Below, in pieces: positions 1-7,828 of a DNA stretch of 38,213 bases. The stretch comes from a virus. Lineage: Duplodnaviria > Caudoviricetes. The first letter of the stretch is position 1; each line of letters opens with the position of its first letter. The stretch is from positions 1 to 38,213 of the IMG/VR virus record IMGVR_UViG_3300044724_003433; one strand, given 5' to 3'. A program made the position numbers and the translations under genes. The notes under the pieces are model-generated. The model had not been told where the DNA came from and ran no database searches. It saw only the letters and a list, made by a program, of their open reading frames with translations.

Positions 1-152
1 CTATAGATACTTCCCATCCAAACTACATCTGCAAGATATTGATTTTGCTCATCAACTTTTTGCTGAACAGGATCATATCCTACATTGAGAGTTCCATTAA
101 AGTCACCTTGAATGGTGACGCTTTCTGTCATAAATTGTTTGAAGTTTTTCAT
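1..152 (-). CDS. 5' part of a hypothetical protein (runs off the window) with a T4 capsid-targeting-like N-terminus
   Basis: Manual translation from ATG at 152 (TAATG overlap with the upstream stop): MKNFKQFMTESVTIQGDFNGTLNVGYDPVQQKVDEQNQYLADVVWMGSIY..., open to the window edge. MKxFKQFxxE resembles the T4 internal-protein leader MKTYQEFIAE. Confidence 0.8.
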   Translation of the reverse strand, partial: MKNFKQFMTESVTIQGDFNGTLNVGYDPVQQKVDEQNQYLADVVWMGSIY

Positions 153-2152
153 TAGTTACAGTTCCAAGCTCTAAGGGACTTATTGATTCTGCTATCGGGA
201 TCGTTTGCAGTTTTGGAAGAAGTCAACTTCTTCTTCATACCTTTCATTCTCGCACAAAAGCTCTTTCTACGAGGGTTCCCAACTTTCTTTGAAGGTCTTT
301 TAAGATCGCTTCCTGGGTTTTCACGTTCATATGACTTTCTACCTTTTTCATTTAAACCTCCTTCTGGATTCTTACCCGACTTCTTTTGCCAGTCTTCCGT
401 ATGTAGGAGAGGTTCCCCTGGTTCATAGTCAGAAATGTCATAATTCCTTACTTTTCCACCAGGATAAACTTTTTCAATTTGTGCTTGTACTTCTGCTCTG
501 CTTGGTTTAACGACAGATGGGAAGAACATTTGAATAATATACAGTTTACCCCTAAATGTAAGGAAGACTCTTATAATTTGTCCAGTTTTTCTTGGAAGAG
601 TAGTTGCTTCTTTGACCAAACTTGGACAACATTTTTTTCCATGCACTGGACAATCTTTACCTTTTTCGGTATTAGAACATTCACTCTCTTCTTTTTTCAC
701 GCAACGGTTGTATGTCTTACCAAAGAGTTTTTGTGTACCTTTCTTCTCATATCCAGGCCAACACTTCTTTGCTTCTTTCATCTCTTCTTCTGCCGTAATG
801 AGATCAGTAAACTCATACTCAGTGGCAATGAAATCACTTCTCCAATTTGAATAATCATATCCTTCTTTCTTGGTCTTATTGCCCCAGTTCTTGGCACCTA
901 CCTTACGACACTTTACCAGTGCTCCAGACGCATAGGCAGAAGGCCAAACGGAGTAACGAGACTTGACCTTATGATAGCAAGCATCTTTCTCGCCTTCCTC
1001 AATTTGAATTTGATCTCCAACTTCTACGTTATTTTCTTCAAACCATCCACGATTTACTTCCAGAGCACAGAATACTTTTCCGTTAGAGTAAACTGCAGAC
1101 TCATCAAATGGTTCTAACTGTTTGATGCTTTCGATAATACCATCTTCTCTAATGAAAGCAATATCAAGAGGAATCTTAGTCTCTCTCATGTGGAAAGATT
1201 GTTGAGTAACTTCATCAAATACAAAAAACATTCCACTGTTCTTATCTAAACTCTCACGGAACATCAATCCAAGATTGAAGTCTCTGATATTGGTTGGAAT
1301 CTCAACATGGAGAGGTAAGGTTATAAATTCTTCTTTCATACCTTTTGCCTTTTTTTCATTGTCGATGTTGTGATCTGCACCAGTCATAACACGCTGTTTA
1401 AGTGTGGAAACTCCATACTTATCTTGCTTATGGCGAACCATACGCTTATAGCGATCAAATTTATCGTTGCCTTGCTTATCACGCATTTCCTTTTCTAGGA
1501 TAGATTCCTCTTTCTTCATATATCCTGCAGCAGCATCCATGTTATGCTCCGTATCTGTAATTTTTGCTTGCATCCACGCTGGTAGATCTTTTTCTTTCTT
1601 ACCAATTTTCTTTTTAAGATCCTTAATATTTTTTTCAGCACTACTCAACTGAGATTGTGCCATAGATACTTCATGGTCTTTTGCTTCAGTCTTCACGTTG
1701 ATTGCCTTTCCTTTACGATCTGGATTTGGATCTTGACGATTCTTGCGACGGAACGCTGCTTCTTCCTCATCTTTGGAAAGATTACGCTTCATTTTGCTAG
1801 AACCGCACTTGGGTTTTGTGGTTTGACCTGGTTGTTTGGCGCAGGGTTTTCCTGCATACTTTCCACCCAACTGAACCCAGCCAGGCTTGCCATCACTAGA
1901 CTTACTCTTAGTAAACCAGTCACGCAGAGAAGAATCACCACTCTTGTTCCCCTCCGAGACGGCACCACCGTTCCCGTTCCCGTTTCCATTCCCATTCTTT
2001 TTAGTTTCACCCTCATCATCGACAGAATGTCCATTCTCCTTGCGGAGCATACCGGCAGCACCAACTACCTTAAATCCTTTAGGGATAGGTTTACATTTCT
2101 CATCTGTATAGCAGTAGTAATATCCTGCTTTACACTTGCCGTTCTTTTTCAT
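152..2152 (-). CDS. 666-aa mosaic hypothetical protein with an internal DUF192-like domain and several basic Cys/Trp modules; putative internal head protein
   Basis: Long ORF behind a TATAAATA promoter. DUF192-like segment VEIP..GLMFRESL..GMFFVF..FHMRETKIPLDIAFI..ALEVNRGWF..VGD at about 1003-1327. Other modules: SLRDWF..GWVQ, KDACYHKVKSRY.VWPSAYASG, KKCWPGY, C-terminal GGLNEKGRKSY..RRKSFCARM..SLRAWNC. Confidence 0.85.
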   Translation of the reverse strand: MKKNGKCKAGYYYCYTDEKCKPIPKGFKVVGAAGMLRKENGHSVDDEGETKKNGNGNGNGNGGAVSEGNKSGDSSLRDWFTKSKSSDGKPGWVQLGGKYAGKPCAKQPGQTTKPKCGSSKMKRNLSKDEEEAAFRRKNRQDPNPDRKGKAINVKTEAKDHEVSMAQSQLSSAEKNIKDLKKKIGKKEKDLPAWMQAKITDTEHNMDAAAGYMKKEESILEKEMRDKQGNDKFDRYKRMVRHKQDKYGVSTLKQRVMTGADHNIDNEKKAKGMKEEFITLPLHVEIPTNIRDFNLGLMFRESLDKNSGMFFVFDEVTQQSFHMRETKIPLDIAFIREDGIIESIKQLEPFDESAVYSNGKVFCALEVNRGWFEENNVEVGDQIQIEEGEKDACYHKVKSRYSVWPSAYASGALVKCRKVGAKNWGNKTKKEGYDYSNWRSDFIATEYEFTDLITAEEEMKEAKKCWPGYEKKGTQKLFGKTYNRCVKKEESECSNTEKGKDCPVHGKKCCPSLVKEATTLPRKTGQIIRVFLTFRGKLYIIQMFFPSVVKPSRAEVQAQIEKVYPGGKVRNYDISDYEPGEPLLHTEDWQKKSGKNPEGGLNEKGRKSYERENPGSDLKRPSKKVGNPRRKSFCARMKGMKKKLTSSKTANDPDSRINKSLRAWNCN

Positions 2153-2173
2153 ATCTACAAGAGATCATGAAAA

Positions 2174-2181
2174 TATTTATA
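2174..2181 (-). promoter_or_regulatory. T4-type late promoter TATAAATA
   Basis: Exact T4 late consensus about 20 nt upstream of the ATG at 2152. Confidence 0.8.
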
Positions 2182-2353
2182 ACCCAACTATTGTTAGTGG
2201 ATTAGAGAATACTGTTGCAATTCCTGTATTGGAGTCATACTGAATTCTATTACTCTCATAATTAAGTTTTTTCATATTACCAAGATCGATACTATCACTT
2301 GCAATGCCGATAGCTCCACCACCAGAATTGACTTCGCTTATTAGTCTTGGCAT
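2177..2353 (-). CDS. 58-aa hypothetical protein (not in the ORF track)
   Basis: MPRLISEVNSGGGAIGIASDSIDLGNMKKLNYESNRIQYDSNTGIATVFSNPLTIVGL*. TAATG coupling to the upstream gene; it fills the intergenic gap exactly. Confidence 0.75.
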   Translation of the reverse strand: MPRLISEVNSGGGAIGIASDSIDLGNMKKLNYESNRIQYDSNTGIATVFSNPLTIVGL

Positions 2354-2685
2354 TAGTTTGCAGTCTCTAAGACTGAGAGAAGAACTTTGAGAGTGCTATT
2401 TGCGCCAGCACTCGCTTTTATAGAATCATTGGTTTGTAGAACTAATTTACCATCAAGGGGAATATAAGCATCGTTTACAGGAACTGTTGCATCTTTAATA
2501 ATTTCTGTAGTTGTAGAACTTCTCACATGTGACATTGTTACTGTAGTAGAAGAACTAGCAACATTGGTGATGTGTGCATAAAGAACGATACCAGTATAAC
2601 CAGTAGGCGCAGTATAGATTGTCTGATCATCAGTGGTCAGTTCAATCGTTTCTGTTTTAAATCTATTAAGTGCTAACTGTGCCAT
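2353..2685 (-). CDS. 110-aa beta-rich hypothetical protein, probable partner of the upstream fibre-like protein
   Basis: ATG directly abuts the stop of the 1212-aa gene; beta-strand pattern (TIYTAP..IVLYAHITN..KLVLQTND.I..KVLLSVLE). Confidence 0.8.
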   Translation of the reverse strand: MAQLALNRFKTETIELTTDDQTIYTAPTGYTGIVLYAHITNVASSSTTVTMSHVRSSTTTEIIKDATVPVNDAYIPLDGKLVLQTNDSIKASAGANSTLKVLLSVLETAN

Positions 2686-5600
2686 TTAACTGAGTGCTAA
2701 GATAAAGGGTGTCATTTCTGAAAAGAGACTCTTGGAGAATGCTCTTCCACTGATTGTTCCAGTATTTTGATTGATTTGTAAGTCATCACCAATTCTAAAG
2801 TTACCAGACTGATCTGTACTGGTATAAATCACTTTTCCTCCATTTTGACTTACAACTTCATTCGCTTGAATACCAACACCACCTCTCTTTGGAGTTGCTG
2901 TGGTAATGTCATTGCCAGAACCAATATATTCAAAAGTATGTGAACTAGCAATTATTTTACTTTGCTGGAAAAAATATGCCGTTGATGCAACTCCAACAGT
3001 ATTGATGAGATTTTCGGCAAGGGTTAATGTAGTAATGCCAGCAGTAATTGGAGTAGAACTATTTATTGTGTAATAAGTATCTGCCATATTAGCGGTGGCA
3101 GCTGCTGTTGTTCCAGTGTCTGGCGCAGAAATAGTAATCGTAGCAGTTCCAGTATATTGACTTCCAGTGCTAATAATATCAATTTCTGTTACAGTGCCAT
3201 TTTCTATGGCTGCAAATGCAGTTGCTACTTCTCCATTTGGACCTGAGGGAGACGAAACAGTAACAGATGGAGTACTGGTATATCCACTACCACCATTGGT
3301 AATAGTAATTGATTCTACAGACTTGTAGAGTTGATCAAAATAGACAACCTGACCATCGTATGGTCTAGTGGTGACTGCACCAACATTGATGGTAATGTTA
3401 TCTTGTCCAGCAGTAGCACTTGCTGTAACAACTCCTGTATATTGTTGAGGACCAACTCCATCAGCAACTAAACCAAAAGTACCAAAACTACAGTTACTAT
3501 TTGCCAGATCTGCTTGTCCACCTTTATGAACTGTGATTGCTTTATCACAACAAATAGTAAATACGGAAACTAACTGTGCGTATCCTTCATTAGTAATAGC
3601 AACTCCAACTCCACCTTGATTGTATTGAGTGAAAGCATCAACATTCATTGATTTTGTTTTTACTGCTTTATCGCCGTCAATGAAAATGCCAGTTCCTGTG
3701 GTGGTGTCACTAGTGCAGTTTTGGATGTAGGGACCTTTCCATTTACCGCCACCGACATTAGTTGCTCCCGCTGATGGGAAGGCAACAGCAGCTGCAGGAG
3801 CAACATGTCCAGAAAAAGTCATGTTAGCGAGTTTGCAACCTTTATTGACGTGGAAAATATCACTTGTAGTTGTGTTTGGAAGAACTTTAACAGTTCTCAA
3901 ATCGTCACCAACAACAGCAACAAATGCTGGAACTTCAATGGGGTTACTCTCAACATAGTTACCAGAAAGAACTTTAACAACAGTCCCTGATGTTGCTGCT
4001 CCAACTGCCCCAGCAATTGTTAGGAACGCATTATCAATAGATGCTCCATTATTACTATCATTACCATCTTTAGCAACGTAGAGTACATTTGGTGCAGAGT
4101 TAATGCCTGTCGCAGAAGCATTGATAGTAACATTACTACCAATAGTAATACTTGAATCAGAAATAGTAATATCTTCATCACCAATTAAAATTCTATTGGT
4201 GTTACCATCAATAGTAATTGATGATCTACCAACGGTAAGAATACCTGTTACTCTTGCGTCACCATCAACCAATAGTGCTGTGGTTCCAATACCAATATGA
4301 ACGGTTCCTATACCCGTACTAATTGTAGAAACACCAACTACATTAATGCCACCCGCTAAAACATCAACGCCAGTTCTTGCAGTGACGATACCAAGAGAAT
4401 CTACGTTCTTGACATCTTCATAAGTGATTGTTCCACCAACAGTAATGTTTCCATCAATATATTGATCACCCTCAACATAAAGTGCATAATCACTTCTTGC
4501 TGTAGTTGCAATACCAACGTTTTTATCTGTATGAATACCAGCAGATCCCACTGCCCATGTACCAGCAGTTCCAACTGCACCTCCACCACCACCTAAAGCA
4601 GTGCTGGCAATACCAACCCACTTGGCACCATCATAAATCAGAAGTTTGCCTTCACCAGTCGTGCGATCAAAGGTGACATCATCAAGGTCATGAATAACCC
4701 CAGCACCACCGCCACCAATGGTAGCAATCTGTTGTTGGATTCTATTAATGAATGTTCTGTAATGATTTTGTAGTTGATCTAAAGTTACAAACTTTTGATC
4801 TAAAGGTGTTAGCGGATCATTGGAGTTATTTGTAGATGGATCTCCAGGTAATGTTGGATTGTCCTCAGTAAGTAAAGTCTTCTCATTAATCTTTGAGAAA
4901 ACTTCTTCTATATGATTAATACGTTCAACTAATTGAGTATTTTTCTTTTCTAATACATCAAGTTGAAGTTTATCTAAAACTTCTTTGACTTCTTCTTGAA
5001 TATTACCAATGTACTCATTCTGTTTTTTGAGATGAGTTTCATTAATGACAATATTGACTTCCAAGTCTTTGACAGTCTGAGTAATATTTTGTCCTATACC
5101 ATTAATTTCAGATTTGAGTTCTGTATAAAACTTGGATGTGTTCGTTTCTAAGTTTTCTTTTAACTCCCTTACATCTTCTGTAAGAGTTTCTTCAATAAAA
5201 GAAAATCTCTTTGAGAACTTATCAAGTTTTTTGGAGTATTGACTTAACTTTTTATCTTCATGAACTACTCTGCCAGTGAAATCTTTCTGCAGAGTTTCAT
5301 ATCTTTTAGATATAGATTCAATTTCTTCCTTATATTCCTTTACAACATCTTGAAGAGAGTCAACTCTTTCGGAAGTCTTTTGTTCAACATCTTCAGATAA
5401 AGATTCGACTTTCTCTGATAAGACTTTTACTCTTGAAAGAACTTCTTCTTCAAGTTCTTTTACCTCTTTTTCAGACTTTAATTTTGCTTCTATAAGAAGA
5501 CTACTATACTTAGGAATTTCTTCCTCAGTAAATTCTTTTACTCTTTCACTTAAATTTTCAATAGTTGATTTATATGAGTCAATCGCAGAGTTTATTTTCT

Positions 5601-6324
5601 CTTCTGTCTTGACTTCTGTTTCTGCAAAAAACTTTCTATACTTAGGAAGTTCTTCATCAATAAGATAATCTACTGTCTTATTGATATCTTTAGTTACTGT
5701 TTTAAAATCTTCTTTTAGTTCAGATACAACATTTTCATTTATTGACTGAACTTCTGCCAGTGCAGTCGTAACTTCTTTATCAACGTCTGCTCTAATTGTA
5801 CCTAAGTTTTCTTCTACTCCTTCTTTAAAAGTGGTAAATCTACTATCAGTTTTAACTTCAGATTCTGCAATTAATTTTTTGTACTTTGGTACATCAACAC
5901 TTAAAAATCCGTTTACCGTACTAGATAATTTTGCAAAATCTTCTCTTATATCATCAACAGACTTTCCGTTAATGCTGGAAACTTTTGATTCGATTTTAGA
6001 TATTGACTTTTCTACAAAAAGAAGTTGTGCCATCATAGCACTATCTAAATCTTCTTTTTTAATCAGATCTTTGATTTCACTCTTAATCTCATTTATTTCA
6101 GCAGAGACGTTTTCTACCTTCTCAAGATTACTCTTAAAACTATCAAAGGTAGAGGTGAAATCCGATAAAGATTGAATATGATTTAAGTTTGCTTTAAAAG
6201 CATCAAACGCTTCTGAAACCTGTTCAATCTTTTCTGGAGACGCAGAAATATACTCCTCTTTTACTTCATCAAGAGGAGTTTTCTTAGTATTTCCAAAAAA
6301 ATCTGAAGGCTTCTTTAATGCCAC
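2686..6324 (-). CDS. 1212-aa structural protein: N-terminal coiled coil, fibre-like middle, C-terminal pectin-lyase-like beta-helix
   Basis: GTG start with AGGAGA RBS. About 490 aa of E/K-rich heptads, then DLDDV/YDGAKW fibre motifs, then VLYVAKDGNDSNNG..AFLTI..G.Y.E typical of beta-helix starts, and a C-terminal SSHTFEYIGSG..STDQSGNFRIG motif. Confidence 0.8.
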   Translation of the reverse strand: MALKKPSDFFGNTKKTPLDEVKEEYISASPEKIEQVSEAFDAFKANLNHIQSLSDFTSTFDSFKSNLEKVENVSAEINEIKSEIKDLIKKEDLDSAMMAQLLFVEKSISKIESKVSSINGKSVDDIREDFAKLSSTVNGFLSVDVPKYKKLIAESEVKTDSRFTTFKEGVEENLGTIRADVDKEVTTALAEVQSINENVVSELKEDFKTVTKDINKTVDYLIDEELPKYRKFFAETEVKTEEKINSAIDSYKSTIENLSERVKEFTEEEIPKYSSLLIEAKLKSEKEVKELEEEVLSRVKVLSEKVESLSEDVEQKTSERVDSLQDVVKEYKEEIESISKRYETLQKDFTGRVVHEDKKLSQYSKKLDKFSKRFSFIEETLTEDVRELKENLETNTSKFYTELKSEINGIGQNITQTVKDLEVNIVINETHLKKQNEYIGNIQEEVKEVLDKLQLDVLEKKNTQLVERINHIEEVFSKINEKTLLTEDNPTLPGDPSTNNSNDPLTPLDQKFVTLDQLQNHYRTFINRIQQQIATIGGGGAGVIHDLDDVTFDRTTGEGKLLIYDGAKWVGIASTALGGGGGAVGTAGTWAVGSAGIHTDKNVGIATTARSDYALYVEGDQYIDGNITVGGTITYEDVKNVDSLGIVTARTGVDVLAGGINVVGVSTISTGIGTVHIGIGTTALLVDGDARVTGILTVGRSSITIDGNTNRILIGDEDITISDSSITIGSNVTINASATGINSAPNVLYVAKDGNDSNNGASIDNAFLTIAGAVGAATSGTVVKVLSGNYVESNPIEVPAFVAVVGDDLRTVKVLPNTTTSDIFHVNKGCKLANMTFSGHVAPAAAVAFPSAGATNVGGGKWKGPYIQNCTSDTTTGTGIFIDGDKAVKTKSMNVDAFTQYNQGGVGVAITNEGYAQLVSVFTICCDKAITVHKGGQADLANSNCSFGTFGLVADGVGPQQYTGVVTASATAGQDNITINVGAVTTRPYDGQVVYFDQLYKSVESITITNGGSGYTSTPSVTVSSPSGPNGEVATAFAAIENGTVTEIDIISTGSQYTGTATITISAPDTGTTAAATANMADTYYTINSSTPITAGITTLTLAENLINTVGVASTAYFFQQSKIIASSHTFEYIGSGNDITTATPKRGGVGIQANEVVSQNGGKVIYTSTDQSGNFRIGDDLQINQNTGTISGRAFSKSLFSEMTPFILALS

Positions 6325-6348
6325 GTTTAATATATCTCCTGTATTTTA

Positions 6349-6771
6349 TTATTTATTGTCCTCTTTTAATCCGTGTTTGAGCATTTTTGCTAGTTCTGCA
6401 GTGGATCCAACAAATAATGCGTTATTGACAGTAGATGGTCCTTTAGACTGTTTTTCTTCTTCTACATCTTTTAATTTCTTTTGTAAGTCCATCAATTTGT
6501 CAGTTGCATCGGATACGCTTTTGATCAACTGACCGGCAACTTCATATGCTCTTGGTTGCTCTGATTCTTGTGCGAGTTCTAAGACACCATTTAATGCTTC
6601 TTGACCTTTTTCAATTATACTATATAGATTTCCTCTGGTATACTCATAATCTTTTTTTACATCATCAGAATTAGATTTTATAGTGTCCAATTCTTTCTTA
6701 ACCACTTCCGCTTTTACAATGTCATCTGAGACATTGAAAGTTTCATTAAGATCGTCAAAGTTTTTAGTCAT
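6349..6771 (-). CDS. gp16: Terminase small subunit
   Basis: DYEYTRGNLY.IIEKGQEA..AQESEQPRAYEVAGQLIK and NNALFVGSTAEL motifs; immediately downstream of gp15. Confidence 0.92.
   Translation of the reverse strand: MTKNFDDLNETFNVSDDIVKAEVVKKELDTIKSNSDDVKKDYEYTRGNLYSIIEKGQEALNGVLELAQESEQPRAYEVAGQLIKSVSDATDKLMDLQKKLKDVEEEKQSKGPSTVNNALFVGSTAELAKMLKHGLKEDNK
6350..6357 (-). promoter_or_regulatory. Late promoter AATAAATA
   Basis: NATAAATA about 25 nt upstream of the GTG at 6324, overlapping the end of gp16. Confidence 0.6.
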
Positions 6772-7787
6772 CAGATAAATCCACCATCAAAACCAAAGTT
6801 ATCACCATCTTCAATAAGAGCACTGTCTGCACCAATTGTACCGACACTTGTTGTTATAGTGGTATAATCGATACCTTTGACTTCAGAACCAGCAACATGT
6901 TTGGAAGGATCAGTATTATCTCTTCCTCTATCCACGGTTAGTTTATTACCAGTCTTTGATCTTACATATAGTTCTTCATCGCCAATGAAGATATATTTGT
7001 CTGCCAAAATACCAGTGGCATCAGCAACTTCAATAGTTTTTGCTGTTGCTGTGATGTCTGATGCCAATGTAGTAACAACGTTGTCTGTGTAAGACTTAAG
7101 TGCTCTTGCAGTAGCAGCATAAGTAACTTCTCTTCTTGTGTTTGTTGTATCTGTTCCAGTAAGATAACTGACAGTGGACCTCTTGATGATATCCTTGGAT
7201 GCAGACTTGGTTGGTCCAAAGAGGTATGTTTTGGCGGTAAATCTTAAAGTATAATATAAAACCCTTCTAGTAGTAAAATCACCTTCATAATCATCCTGCA
7301 TTGTGATATTTTCTAACACAATAGGAATATCTCTTTTTTCTCTAATTTCATCAACCAGTTCAATAGAAAGATTATACGCAGGTTGAAAATAAGGTAAAAT
7401 CTGTTCTACAATTTGAAGAGCGTCATCATTCAGTTTAGTATAGACACTTAATTCAAATTGCATATTATATGGAACTGGCATATAAGTTTTGCGAGTTTCA
7501 GTTCCATCATTTTTGTCTTTTGCGACAAATGTCTGAGTCGTGGTTACTTTTCTACTAGGATCATATGTAAGTCCAGTAAACTCAAAAGACATTCTTGGCA
7601 ATGTAATTGCCATTGGTTTATTCAGATCTGGTGACTGTTCAATTCTAGCTAAAAACTTTTGAGTAGGACCATATGCCAAAGGAATTCTTACAACAGAACC
7701 TTCTTGCTGGATCTCCATAGAATTAAACAGAGTTCCAAAACCAATGATGGTTTTTCTCAGAATCTCGTTGTAAAAATATTCAAACAT
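6771..7787 (-). CDS. gp15: Tail sheath stabilizer / tail terminator, with an extra C-terminal module
   Basis: YFYNEILRKTIIGFGTLFN, VPLAYGP-like IPLAYGPTQKF, TLPRMSFE, QIVEQILPYFQP; gene order 13-14-15-16. Confidence 0.92.
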   Translation of the reverse strand: MFEYFYNEILRKTIIGFGTLFNSMEIQQEGSVVRIPLAYGPTQKFLARIEQSPDLNKPMAITLPRMSFEFTGLTYDPSRKVTTTQTFVAKDKNDGTETRKTYMPVPYNMQFELSVYTKLNDDALQIVEQILPYFQPAYNLSIELVDEIREKRDIPIVLENITMQDDYEGDFTTRRVLYYTLRFTAKTYLFGPTKSASKDIIKRSTVSYLTGTDTTNTRREVTYAATARALKSYTDNVVTTLASDITATAKTIEVADATGILADKYIFIGDEELYVRSKTGNKLTVDRGRDNTDPSKHVAGSEVKGIDYTTITTSVGTIGADSALIEDGDNFGFDGGFI

Positions 7788-7820
7788 GATTAAACTTTAG
7801 ACTATTACCTGCAGTAAAAC

Positions 7821-7828
7821 TATTTAGG
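7821..7828 (-). promoter_or_regulatory. Late promoter variant CCTAAATA
   Basis: TAAATA core in the gap upstream of gp15; the same 8-mer precedes gp13. Confidence 0.55.

Noticed and set aside
1960-2000. NGNGNGNGNG microsatellite-like stretch
   Set aside because: Codons vary between units; it is a simple Gly/Asn linker rather than a phase-variable repeat
2686-3400. Diversity-generating retroelement target at the fibre C-terminus
   Set aside because: No reverse transcriptase and no template/variable repeat pair visible in the window
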